The notes beneath the pieces are model-generated. The model did not search any database and was not told where the DNA came from. It saw only the letters and a list, made by a program, of their open reading frames with translations. Source: Ferroglobus placidus DSM 10642 (lineage in GTDB: Archaea > Halobacteriota > Archaeoglobi > Archaeoglobales > Archaeoglobaceae). From it: DNA of 32,000 nucleotides. Made by a program: the position numbers and the translations under genes. Shown one piece after another: positions 23,168 through 32,000 of the stretch (the first letter of the stretch is position 1; every line of letters starts with the position of its first letter). The stretch covers positions 2,010,001 to 2,042,000 of the forward strand of contig NC_013849.1 of the NCBI RefSeq assembly GCF_000025505.1, given 5' to 3'.

Positions 23168-24769
23168 TTAAACCTCCTTAGTTAGTTCTTCGCAGTACTT
23201 TTTGACAATCTCTTCCTCCGGTGGTTTGGTGAGCAGCGAGACTATGATGAAGAGTATGAATCCCACTGGAATAGCCCAGACTTGGTGAGGAGTAATTAGC
23301 GCAGCTTTGTTTCCGAACAGAATGTCGTTGAGGAAGAAGAACGCGTGATGTCCGAGGACGAGTTTAGCCCTCAGCCAGGCGAAGAGGTGAAGTATCGTCA
23401 TGATTATCGCAGTAGTCCACATGGCAGCTCTCGTAGCCCTCTTCCACCAAAGTCCTAAGATCAACCCGGGACCGAGAGCGGAGATTATGACGACGAAAGC
23501 CCACCCACTTAAATCGAGCACGAGTCCCGGTGGATTCAGGGCGACGACGAGTCCGATGAGTAGGAATATCACCGAGACGATTCTTGCAACGAGAATTGGC
23601 TTTTCTTTAGCCAACTTGCTCTTTAGCATCAGTTCTCCCCAGTCCCTCGTTACGAGCGTGTTAACGACCATAACCCATCCGGCGGCTGTGGACATAGCAA
23701 TAGCCAAACCACCAGCACAGAGTATTCCGAGTATCCACGGATTTTGCAACGCTTCAACCGTTGCAATCATCGAGTAGTCCGGCCAGTTTCCTACGCCGTA
23801 AGTTGCCATGTATCCCTTTAGAAATTCAACAGCATTCTTTCCAGTTCCGCCGAGGGGACCGTGTTCGATCATGTACTTCGAAGCAGCTCCGATGATTTGC
23901 AAAGCGACGTAGAATATTCCGGCAAACAAAGTCGTCCAGAATATGCTTCTCCTCGCAGTTTTTATGTCCATGACCGTGAAGAATCTGACGACCGTATAAG
24001 GCATCGTTGCAAATCCGTAGTGCCAGACGAAGAACCAACCTATAACGGCGATCCAAGTTCCGCTGAGAAGGTGCGGCACGTCTGGAGCGTCACTTGGCGT
24101 GTTCCAGAACTTGGGTGCGGATGTTAATATCGCATTGTTCAATCCTTCGAGACCTCCGAGCTTTACAACAATTCCAATCGCCGCTATCACAGCTGCAACC
24201 GTCATTAGAACTGCCTGGAAAGCTGCGTTCCAGCTAGTTGCGATCATTCCACCCCAGACGACATAGAGCATCACTATGACCGTTCCCACGACAACTCCTA
24301 TCCAGTAGGGGACTTTGGCAATCGCCAAGAGGAACAGAGCCATACCGACGATGGACAGCGTAATGTAGAGAATGGCTCCAATAACTACGACTATACCTAT
24401 TAGCCACCTCAGTCTTTGATCGTTGTACCTGTCAGCGTAATAATCGGCGAAGCTCGTCGGAGCGTATTTTCTCAAAGCAGTAGCGGTAAGAAGCGTAGCT
24501 AAGGGCATTCCTGCTATAATTGCTGCCATAGCCCACCAGAAGGGATAACCGAGAATAAAGATGTAAGCTGGCAGTCCGAGCATCGAAGCTGGACTTAAGT
24601 AGGTGGACTCGAGAGCTAATCCGTTAACTACACTTCCTATTTGCCTTCCAGCAACGTAGTAATCTGTCGCACTCTTTAGCCTTGCCCTCGAATAGTAACC
24701 TATGGCTATAATAGCTATAAAATACAGCACTGTGATCAATATAACCGGAGCCTCAACCTCGGCCATCAC
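23168..24769 (-). CDS. Sodium:solute symporter family (SSF) transporter, acetate/monocarboxylate-permease-like
   Basis: 533 aa with about 13-14 TM segments and SSF-like sequence character. It is coupled (4-nt overlap) to a small two-TM protein upstream, as in DUF4212-SSF pairs. Confidence 0.85.
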   Translation of the reverse strand: MMAEVEAPVILITVLYFIAIIAIGYYSRARLKSATDYYVAGRQIGSVVNGLALESTYLSPASMLGLPAYIFILGYPFWWAMAAIIAGMPLATLLTATALRKYAPTSFADYYADRYNDQRLRWLIGIVVVIGAILYITLSIVGMALFLLAIAKVPYWIGVVVGTVIVMLYVVWGGMIATSWNAAFQAVLMTVAAVIAAIGIVVKLGGLEGLNNAILTSAPKFWNTPSDAPDVPHLLSGTWIAVIGWFFVWHYGFATMPYTVVRFFTVMDIKTARRSIFWTTLFAGIFYVALQIIGAASKYMIEHGPLGGTGKNAVEFLKGYMATYGVGNWPDYSMIATVEALQNPWILGILCAGGLAIAMSTAAGWVMVVNTLVTRDWGELMLKSKLAKEKPILVARIVSVIFLLIGLVVALNPPGLVLDLSGWAFVVIISALGPGLILGLWWKRATRAAMWTTAIIMTILHLFAWLRAKLVLGHHAFFFLNDILFGNKAALITPHQVWAIPVGFILFIIVSLLTKPPEEEIVKKYCEELTKEV

Positions 24770-24990
24770 GCCTCACCTCTCGCTCTCTTCTCTTCAGCCT
24801 TCTCCGGGAAGTAGAAGTAGATAATCGACATTATCAGTGGTATCAAGAAAGTCCCCATTATCCCTGCATACCAGAGCGGTGCCAGCGGTATGTGGTTGAT
24901 TTTCATTGTCGCCTCCAGAATCCAGCAGAGCGCTGTCCATCCGTAAAACAAAAAGGCTCCTACCCAGAACACCTTAGGTGGCCATGGCAT
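24766..24990 (-). CDS. Small two-TM membrane protein, putative solute-symporter small subunit (DUF4212-like)
   Basis: 74 aa with two hydrophobic helices, and its stop overlaps the SSF start. The assignment rests on position and size rather than strong motifs. Confidence 0.55.
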   Translation of the reverse strand: MPWPPKVFWVGAFLFYGWTALCWILEATMKINHIPLAPLWYAGIMGTFLIPLIMSIIYFYFPEKAEEKRARGEA

Positions 24991-25081
24991 ACGATCACCA
25001 ATCTATTAATTAATTGTGTCAAATTTAAATTTTTCGTTATACTTTTCAATAATATTAATTGTTCATCATAATAAACACGAA

Positions 25082-25684
25082 TTAGAGCATCAGCGGTTTG
25101 TCGTAAAAGTCTTCTTTTTTTATTGCTCTTAATACGTCTTCGAACTTTCTCAACCCGTATTTTAATAGCCTTAATAGCTGCATCTGGAAAATCTGTGCGG
25201 TAATGTAAGCGTCGGACAGAGCGGAATGGCGATACGCTACATCAACTCCGTACTTTTTGGCGAGATCCTCCAACGTCACGTCCTTCATGTAATCTCCAAA
25301 AAGTCTCCCTACGAGCTTCTCAACATCAGCTATATCAACGTACTTGCATTCGAAAACAACTTCACATTCCTTAAACGACTTCTTCAAAAACTCAATGTCC
25401 AGATTTATCGAATACCCGACGATAATCCTTTCGTTCAGCTTTTCCAGTATTTCCTCCTTTACCTCGCAGAAGGTGGGAGCTTCTTCGACCATCCTTGGAG
25501 TGATTCCGTGGTACTTTACGGAGTCAATTTTAAACCTCCTCGGTTTCAGAATTCTGTAGTAAGCTTCGGAAAATAGGATTTTCAAGCCGTCCATCGGTAT
25601 GATTGCTATGGAGATTATTTCATCTTTTTTTACGTTCAATCCCGTCGTTTCAACGTCTACAACAGCAAATTTTTCCTCTCTCAA
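25082..25684 (-). CDS. DEDDh 3'-5' exonuclease (DNA polymerase III epsilon-like domain)
   Basis: Exo I is FAVVDVETTGL, Exo II is VGYSINLDIEFL and Exo III is HSALSDAYITAQIF. There is a 4-nt overlap with the upstream DUF294 gene. Confidence 0.85.
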   Translation of the reverse strand: MREEKFAVVDVETTGLNVKKDEIISIAIIPMDGLKILFSEAYYRILKPRRFKIDSVKYHGITPRMVEEAPTFCEVKEEILEKLNERIIVGYSINLDIEFLKKSFKECEVVFECKYVDIADVEKLVGRLFGDYMKDVTLEDLAKKYGVDVAYRHSALSDAYITAQIFQMQLLRLLKYGLRKFEDVLRAIKKEDFYDKPLML

Positions 25685-27435
25685 ACCCTATCAACTCCGT
25701 AATGGGCTTTAATAAAATCCTGAAAGTTTTTAATTACCTTAAAAGACTCTCTGAGAAGAACGACGTCAAGCTTTTCAAGTTCCTTAGCGTCGATGACGTT
25801 GTCGCTCTCTTGGGCTTGGTGTCTCAGCCTCAGATTTTGAATGTAATTGTAAACTTCAACGAGAGTCTCGCTCCTTTCCTCTCCTATCAAATCCTTAACT
25901 GCTCTCAATCTCTCAATAGTATTAAGCTCCTCAATTCCCGCATCCAGAGCTAAAACTCTCGCGCAATTGACAATCGGATATATCCCGTAGAGCTTTAGGT
26001 CAATTCCCTTGTCAAGATTCTTCATTCCAAAAAAGCCGATAGGAGGGGAGATCGTTACGGCATCCTTGGCGAGAAATCTTACAGCCTGATTCGTCTTAAC
26101 CTCAAAGATGTGTTCGCGGAGTTCAGCGTAAAGGTCTTCGTTTCCGTAAACGTGTCTCATATCGAGGAATACCGTCAGATGTCTGATGTTCTGGGGGGTT
26201 AGGTTGTTGAACCAGTTTTTAAAAGTCCTTTTCCACTCCTCAACGCTCATACACCAGTTTGAAGCCATGTAACCGGCTTTGCATTTTGGAATACCGACGT
26301 AATCCAAAAGTTCCACAACTCTTTTCGAAATGTCCTCAAATTTGTAGGATTTAAATTCTGTTATCATCGCATTGTCTTGGTCAGTGGCGATGATCTGCTC
26401 TTTTCTCCCACCACTCCCCATTACAACGAAGGAAAACCTCCCATCAAGATCGTCTCCGAGAAATTCGAAAACCTTCTCGTAAACGACATCGTAAAAAGCG
26501 TTTAACGTTCTCGATATATCCTGAAAACTAACTCCCCTATGCGTAAGCTCCTTGACGATTTCCCTCGACTCAGCCACTATTTCTTTAACTTCCTCAACGC
26601 TTTCGCTCCTTCGAAGAGATCTGAAGAGGTATGTAACTCTGGACAGTGGCTCGAAAACGCTCAACACGTCTTTTATCGAAATCACGCCGCTAACTTTTCC
26701 GTTCTCCGTTATGACGAGGTGATTTATCCCCGATTCGAGCATTTTTATGTACGCCTCAAAGATAGGCGAAGACGCTTCGTCACATATCACCGGCGAGCTC
26801 ATAAACTCGTCGACGCATCCATCAATCTTGTTGAGGGAAACAGCCTTCTTCAAATCTCTGTCCGTGAAAATTCCAAGAGGTTTTTCACCTTCCACAACAA
26901 CGAGACTCCCGATTCTGTTTTCGAACATTTTTTCGGCAGCTTCCCTAATTTTTGTATCCTTGCTGCAAGTCACTGGATTCCTCCTTACGATCTCTTTCAC
27001 GGGTTTTAGCAAAGCGTCTTCGAGAGTTACGTAGCTAAATCTGAGCGAACTGAACCTTCTCTCTTTAAAAAACCTGAAAAACTCTCCAAACCTTTTGTTT
27101 TCCTCGATAAGCTTCTTAAAAACTTCTGCTTTGAAAAGATAGCATACTGTATCTTCGGCAGCGTAAAGATCTCCTTCGACAGGCTTTTTTTCGATTGCGG
27201 AAGATACTCCGAATATTTCGCCCTTCGTTATTCTCTCTTCCTCGTTACCTTTTTTCAGAGCGAGCTCTCCGGAATAAACAAAAAACACGTATTTCGGAAC
27301 TTTCCCTCTCTTTAAGATCCTTTCTCCGACTTCGTAAACTTCAACATCCATACTCGAAACGAGTTCGTCCAGCTCCTTTTCTGAAAGGTAGGAGAATGGA
27401 ACAACTCTTCTGAGTAGGTCTTTCGGAGGTATCAT
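25681..27435 (-). CDS. cNMP-binding plus CBS-pair plus DUF294 nucleotidyltransferase signal-transduction protein
   Basis: 584 aa. It has an N-terminal cyclic-nucleotide-binding-like fold (...GKVPKYVFFVYSGELAL...), tandem CBS (…VTCSKDTKIREAAEKMFENRIGSLVVV…, …GINHLVITENGKVSGVISIKDVL…), the NTase motif VVMGSGGRKEQIIATDQDNAMI (GS-x9-DxD) and a helical DUF294_C-like tail. Confidence 0.8.
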   Translation of the reverse strand: MIPPKDLLRRVVPFSYLSEKELDELVSSMDVEVYEVGERILKRGKVPKYVFFVYSGELALKKGNEEERITKGEIFGVSSAIEKKPVEGDLYAAEDTVCYLFKAEVFKKLIEENKRFGEFFRFFKERRFSSLRFSYVTLEDALLKPVKEIVRRNPVTCSKDTKIREAAEKMFENRIGSLVVVEGEKPLGIFTDRDLKKAVSLNKIDGCVDEFMSSPVICDEASSPIFEAYIKMLESGINHLVITENGKVSGVISIKDVLSVFEPLSRVTYLFRSLRRSESVEEVKEIVAESREIVKELTHRGVSFQDISRTLNAFYDVVYEKVFEFLGDDLDGRFSFVVMGSGGRKEQIIATDQDNAMITEFKSYKFEDISKRVVELLDYVGIPKCKAGYMASNWCMSVEEWKRTFKNWFNNLTPQNIRHLTVFLDMRHVYGNEDLYAELREHIFEVKTNQAVRFLAKDAVTISPPIGFFGMKNLDKGIDLKLYGIYPIVNCARVLALDAGIEELNTIERLRAVKDLIGEERSETLVEVYNYIQNLRLRHQAQESDNVIDAKELEKLDVVLLRESFKVIKNFQDFIKAHYGVDRV

Positions 27436-27463
27436 CTATCTGTAGCTTAGCTGAAAAAGTATA

Positions 27464-30043
27464 TCAACTTTTTTCGTGGTCGAGCAGAGAGAGAATTTTT
27501 TCGTGAAGTTCCCTGATAACCTTCCTTCTGTCCTCCATAAGAACGACGTCTTCTTCTCCGAGAAGATACAGGTTCCACGAGAAGGGACTTGGATACGGCG
27601 TTCTCACGACTCTAACCTCAATCTCGTTTCCGATCTTCGAAAGGTAATCGAGCGCATTTTCGATATCCATGGCATCCTCAAGAATTTCTCTGTATGTTTC
27701 CTTCAAAACCGGAAAATCCATGCCGAACTTTTTCTCGAGAAGCCTTAACAGCGAGTCAGCGCTCAGCTGCTGCTTCCAGACGCTCTTTTCCCTTCCGAGG
27801 TAGTTCCTCAAAATCATGAAGCTCCTGACAGCAACGTGCCTGAACCTCCTCCTCACTATTTCTGTTTTCTTAAGTGCTTCAACGAGGTCTTCTCTAAATC
27901 TTTCGATTCTCAGCAATCTCTTTAACTCGTCATCCTTCAAACTCTTATTTTCCGGCAGAATTAGTGAGAATCCGTTGTCCGTTATCGCAAACTGGACGTT
28001 GCAGTTTTTAAGCTTTCCAGCGCGGAAAGCGCAAACTCTCGCTAATGCGTTGTTTGCTCTTCTCCCAATTAGCGTGTGGAAGAAGTAGTAGTTTCTCTCA
28101 TCCTCGTACTTCTCTATGACGAGCTTTTTATCCGTAGGAATTTCGCTTACAATGAGCTGCTCGAGGAAGTAGTTTTTAATTGCCCTCGCAGCCTTTTTTT
28201 CCAGCCTGTAATCTTTGACAAGAATGTCTTCAACGGTTTCAATGTTCTCCTCCACCATCCTCCTGAACTTCTGAATTCTCAAAGCGAGATCGTAACTCAA
28301 CGGCAACTGCTCGGAAAACCAGCTGGGAACAGTAGGCTTCTCCCCCTTAACCTCTTCCACGATTATCGTGTTCCCCTTCGATTTCAGAAAGCGAAAAGTT
28401 CTACCGGCTAAAACGAAAATGTCTCCTCTCACGAGCCTTTCAGCGAATTCCTCCTCTACTTCTCCCACGAATTTTCCATCAGTTGTTATGACGGCTATTT
28501 CCGCCTCGTCTGGAATAGTTCCGACGTTGAGGTAGTAAATCGGTCTTATTAACTTTCCTCTCCTTCCGAATTCCATCTTCTCTTCGTCGAACCAAATTTT
28601 TCCGTAAACGTTCTTCCTCTCAAGCTCTGAGTAAGCCCCGCTCAAGTATTTAAGAACCGACAGAAATTCCTCTTTAGTCAGATCTTTGTAAGGATAGGCT
28701 CTTCTTACAAGCTCCAGAGCCTCGTCAACCTTCCACTTCTTTTCTATCGACATTCCCACCACGTGCTGGCAGAGGACGTCCAAGGGCTTTTTGGGAATGT
28801 GAATTCTGTCGAGTCTTCTTTCCATAGCCTCCTTAGCTAAAACCGTGCATTCGACAAGGTCGTCGTGGTCGACAACGACTATTCTTCCAACGCTAACTTC
28901 GTGAAGCCTGTGTCCGCTTCTGCCTATCCTTTGCAAAGCTCTGTTTATGCTCTTAGGTGAGCCGAGGAGGATGACGAGGTCGATGTATCCGATGTCTATA
29001 CCCAACTCTAAAGATGTTGAGGAAACAACACACCTGAGCTCTCCTCTTTTTAGCTTGTCTTCTACCTCAAGCCTAACTTCTTTAGAAAGAGATGAGTGGT
29101 GAGCTGCTATCGGAAAATCTTCTCCAAGCTTCTTTTTTAGGTGAAAAACTACTCTTTCCGTAGCGCTTCTCGTATTTGTGAAGATTAAAGCAGTTCTGGC
29201 TTTCTTAACGAGATTTGCGAGAGTGTTGTATAGTTTTTCACTTATCTCTTCAGCACTCTCCCTGAAAAAGTCGTCTATCGGCGAAATTACTTTTATGTCC
29301 ATCTTCTTTTCGAAGGTAACGTCGGCGATTATGCAATCCCTTTCTTTCCCATTTTCGTAACCGACTAAGAACTTCGCCACCTCCTTCAGCGGGTGAATTG
29401 TAGCAGAGAGTCCTATTCTGACCATCTTGCCCTTCTGAAGTCTTTGGAGTCTCTCGATGCTGAGGGTTAAGTGACTCCCCCTCTTGTTTTCAGCCATCGC
29501 GTGAACTTCATCGACGATCAGAAACTTCACTTCGGTAAGGTACTTGGAAAACTTCGGAGAGCAGAGAACTATCGCGAGACTTTCTGGGGTAGTGATTAAA
29601 ATGTGAGGTGGCTTTTTCAGTTGCTTTTGCCTTTCGCTCTGAGCCGTGTCTCCGGTTCTTACGGCAATTCTTATCTCGTTAAGCTTGATTCCCTTCTTCT
29701 CGGCAAGCTCGTAGATTTCGGTTAGCGGCTCTTCTAAATTCTTTTTTATGTCGTTGTTCAGAGCTTTTAGCGGAGAAACGTAAACGGCATAAACTTTATC
29801 CTCCAACTCCCCCTTCTCCGCTTTCTCAACCAAGAAACTGATAACGCTGAGGAAGGCTGCAAGAGTTTTCCCGCTACCAGTTGGAGAAGAGACGAGAACG
29901 TTGTTTCCTTTAAACGCTTCCACTATCGAGTACCTTTGCGGAGGTGTAAACGTTCCGTACTTTTCCTTAAACCATTCCCTCACCAGAGGGTGTAAATAGC
30001 TGAAAATTTCCTCGTCGCTGTAAGCTTTTCCCTCTCTTATCAC
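27464..30043 (-). CDS. lhr: Lhr-type superfamily-2 DEAD/DEAH-box helicase (Lhr-core size)
   Basis: 859 aa. Motif I VSSPTGSGKTLAAF, motif II LIVDEVHAM, SAT, motif VI LQRIGRSGH, plus a long C-terminal Lhr/DEAD-associated region. Confidence 0.9.
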   Translation of the reverse strand: MIREGKAYSDEEIFSYLHPLVREWFKEKYGTFTPPQRYSIVEAFKGNNVLVSSPTGSGKTLAAFLSVISFLVEKAEKGELEDKVYAVYVSPLKALNNDIKKNLEEPLTEIYELAEKKGIKLNEIRIAVRTGDTAQSERQKQLKKPPHILITTPESLAIVLCSPKFSKYLTEVKFLIVDEVHAMAENKRGSHLTLSIERLQRLQKGKMVRIGLSATIHPLKEVAKFLVGYENGKERDCIIADVTFEKKMDIKVISPIDDFFRESAEEISEKLYNTLANLVKKARTALIFTNTRSATERVVFHLKKKLGEDFPIAAHHSSLSKEVRLEVEDKLKRGELRCVVSSTSLELGIDIGYIDLVILLGSPKSINRALQRIGRSGHRLHEVSVGRIVVVDHDDLVECTVLAKEAMERRLDRIHIPKKPLDVLCQHVVGMSIEKKWKVDEALELVRRAYPYKDLTKEEFLSVLKYLSGAYSELERKNVYGKIWFDEEKMEFGRRGKLIRPIYYLNVGTIPDEAEIAVITTDGKFVGEVEEEFAERLVRGDIFVLAGRTFRFLKSKGNTIIVEEVKGEKPTVPSWFSEQLPLSYDLALRIQKFRRMVEENIETVEDILVKDYRLEKKAARAIKNYFLEQLIVSEIPTDKKLVIEKYEDERNYYFFHTLIGRRANNALARVCAFRAGKLKNCNVQFAITDNGFSLILPENKSLKDDELKRLLRIERFREDLVEALKKTEIVRRRFRHVAVRSFMILRNYLGREKSVWKQQLSADSLLRLLEKKFGMDFPVLKETYREILEDAMDIENALDYLSKIGNEIEVRVVRTPYPSPFSWNLYLLGEEDVVLMEDRRKVIRELHEKILSLLDHEKS

Positions 30044-30258
30044 GTATCATGATGTTTCGCTGTCTTGTTATTAACGGTTACCCATTTCCAGCTAAAAACT
30101 TAGAAAGATTTTTATAATGCTTCGAACAACAAACATGTAGCAGTTCATACTATAATTTTATTTAATGAAATTCTCAATTTATCATTATTAATTACAATTA
30201 TGTTTATCCGAAAATATTAGGGGAATATATCTTGTGCAGCAAAATTTGAAATTCGAAC

Positions 30259-32000
30259 ATGATAAGTTACCACGAGACAGTAAACGAAATGTACGAGAGG
30301 GTTAGGGAAGAGGAACTGAGTAACGTCGCGGACAGATACGAGGCGCAGAAATTAAAGTGCTCCTTCTGCGCTCAGGGTTTGAGCTGCCAGCTTTGCACAA
30401 TGGGTCCCTGCAGGCTTAGCGATCTAAATCCCTTTGGAGCTTGTGGACTGACGAAAGCTGGAGTAGCTGTCAGAAATTTCGTTCACAGAAACATTCTCGG
30501 AGCTTCAGCCTACACCTACCATGCCATTGAGGCTGCAAAGACTCTTAAGGCAACGGCTGAAGGTAAAACTCCCTTCGAAATTAGGGATGTGGAGAAGCTG
30601 AAGTGGTTCGCAGAACAGCTTGGGATAGACACGAGCAAAGATGTAAAAGAGATAGCCAAAGAAGTGGCTGATTTTGTGATTAAAGATCTGAGCTCTCACG
30701 AGAAGAGCAAGCTTGTGGAAATTTTCGCTCCAAAGAAAAGGCTTGAAGTTTGGGAAAAGCTTGGATTAATTCCAGATGGTGTTTTTCAGGAGTTACTCAC
30801 CGCAGCAACTTCCGCTATGACCAATGTAGACTCAAATTACGTCAGTCTGGCTAAGAAGGCTATGAGAATGAGTATTTCAACGATTCTGGCTGCTCAGCTT
30901 TCCCTCGAAATAATTCAAGACGTACTTTTCGGAACTCCAACGCCGCATGAGGCTTACGTAGATCTGGGTATTCTCGATCCCGACTACGTGAATATCGTTG
31001 TAAACGGGCACGAGCCTTTCGTTGGAATGGCTCTCATAAAGCTTGCGGAGAGAGAAGACGTTCAGAGAAAGGCAATTGAAGCTGGGGCTAAAGGTTTGAG
31101 AATAGTCGGTTCGATAGAGACTGGACAGGAAATTCTTCAGCGAGTGGAATCTCCTGTCTTCGTCGGTCTGACGGGAAACTGGATTACCCAAGAATTCCTA
31201 CTTGCCACCGGAGCAGTTGATGTGTTTGCCGCAGACATGAACTGCACGGTGCCGAGAATAGTGGACTATCAAGAGAAATTTAAATTCAAAATAGTTCCGG
31301 TAAGCAAATTAATCAGACTCGAAGGAATCGACAGCGGACTCGATTACGAGCCGGAAAAAGTTGAAGAAATTGCGAAGAAGATTATCGACCTGGCTATAGA
31401 AACCTTCAAGGAAAGAAGAAAGAGCGTCGAGCCGAGAGTTCCAAAGAGAAAGCAGAAGGTTCTCGTAGGATTCTCAACTGAAGCCATTCTTAAAGCTTTG
31501 GACAACGATCTCGGAAAGCTTGTAGAGGCTATAAAAAGCGGAGCCATAAAAGGGGTAGTCGCTTTAGTTAGCTGTGCAACACTGAAAAATGGAAAGCAGG
31601 ATGAAAACACCGTCACAGTTGCTAAAGAACTGATTAAGAGAGACATACTCGTGCTATCGATGGGTTGCGGAAATGCTGCTTTGCAAGTAGCTGGATTAAC
31701 GAGCTTGGATGCTATTAAAGAGGCTGGCGAGGGACTCAGAAAAGTTTGCGAAAGTCTTGGAATTCCTCCAGTCCTCAGCTTTGGAACCTGCACGGACACC
31801 GGAAGACTTGCTTACCTCGTTAAAGTTCTGGCGGATTACTTGGGAGTGGACATTCCCCAGCTTCCGATAGCAGCTACGGCTCCAGAATACATGGAGCAAA
31901 AGGCTACGATCGATGCAATATTTGCGATAGCCTACGGAGTAACAACCCATGTCTCTCCAGTTCCACCGATAACCGGAAGCGAAGAGGCTGTCAAACTTCT
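30259..32000 (+). CDS. cooS: Anaerobic Ni-Fe carbon monoxide dehydrogenase catalytic subunit CooS (3' end beyond the window)
   Basis: This ORF is not in the ORF track because it has no stop before the window end. Hand translation from ATG 30259 gives MISYHETVNEMYERV...KCSFCAQGLSCQLCTMGPCRL... (N-terminal Cys cluster), ...VNGHEPF..., ...ADMNCT..., ...LSMGCGNAA..., ...SFGTCTDTG.... The frame is open for 580 codons. The minus-strand track ORFs here are antisense artefacts. Confidence 0.9.
   Translation, partial: MISYHETVNEMYERVREEELSNVADRYEAQKLKCSFCAQGLSCQLCTMGPCRLSDLNPFGACGLTKAGVAVRNFVHRNILGASAYTYHAIEAAKTLKATAEGKTPFEIRDVEKLKWFAEQLGIDTSKDVKEIAKEVADFVIKDLSSHEKSKLVEIFAPKKRLEVWEKLGLIPDGVFQELLTAATSAMTNVDSNYVSLAKKAMRMSISTILAAQLSLEIIQDVLFGTPTPHEAYVDLGILDPDYVNIVVNGHEPFVGMALIKLAEREDVQRKAIEAGAKGLRIVGSIETGQEILQRVESPVFVGLTGNWITQEFLLATGAVDVFAADMNCTVPRIVDYQEKFKFKIVPVSKLIRLEGIDSGLDYEPEKVEEIAKKIIDLAIETFKERRKSVEPRVPKRKQKVLVGFSTEAILKALDNDLGKLVEAIKSGAIKGVVALVSCATLKNGKQDENTVTVAKELIKRDILVLSMGCGNAALQVAGLTSLDAIKEAGEGLRKVCESLGIPPVLSFGTCTDTGRLAYLVKVLADYLGVDIPQLPIAATAPEYMEQKATIDAIFAIAYGVTTHVSPVPPITGSEEAVKL

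Noticed and set aside
30505-31950. Minus-strand track ORFs (64, 104, 151 and 84 aa) at the right end of the window.
   Set aside because: All lie antisense to a continuous 580-codon plus-strand frame with clear CooS motifs that is missing from the ORF track only because it has no stop within the window.

Overview
Archaeal chromosomal window. By eye it is about 45% GC, with K/E/I-rich proteins, AT-rich TATA-type promoters, GGAGG ribosome-binding sites, many 4-nt ATGA/GTGA start-stop overlaps and a tRNA without encoded CCA. The gene content (CooS-type Ni-CODH, FtsZ, FeoB plus a DtxR-family regulator, ArgJ, TatC, NFACT/RqcH, Lhr helicase, hydrogenase maturation protease) fits a hyperthermophilic anaerobic euryarchaeon of the Archaeoglobus type; that taxon is inference only. 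Most of the window (about 2.3-13.1 kb and 17.1-32 kb) is ordinary core genome. Two accessory segments stand out. (i) 1-2180 is the decayed end of an integrated element abutting the 3' end of tRNA-Ala(CGC). It holds an integrase with an in-frame TAG, a TumE-like toxin gene carrying a frameshift plus a TAA next to an intact TumA-like wHTH gene, an intact RelE-type pair, and an orphan RHH gene that reads antisense through the tRNA. (ii) About 13.1-17.05 kb is an AT-richer island. It holds an SPL-family radical-SAM gene and a TcmP-like methyltransferase-fold gene converging on a shared TTAA stop, a DUF3800 gene, a roughly 90-nt GC-rich multi-helix element of unknown identity, and a degraded IS transposase. 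This island is my best candidate for an undescribed DNA-modification or defence-type system. Other direct observations are a -1 frameshift in a C6 homopolymer that splits a DUF1152-like gene, a perfect 8+2+8 palindrome with DtxR-box-like half sites between the TATA box and the feoB ATG, and a GC-rich 10-bp hairpin with an anti-SD arrangement in the leader of an RHH-ftsZ operon. I saw no rRNA gene and no CRISPR array. All family assignments come from reading motifs by eye; no searches were run.
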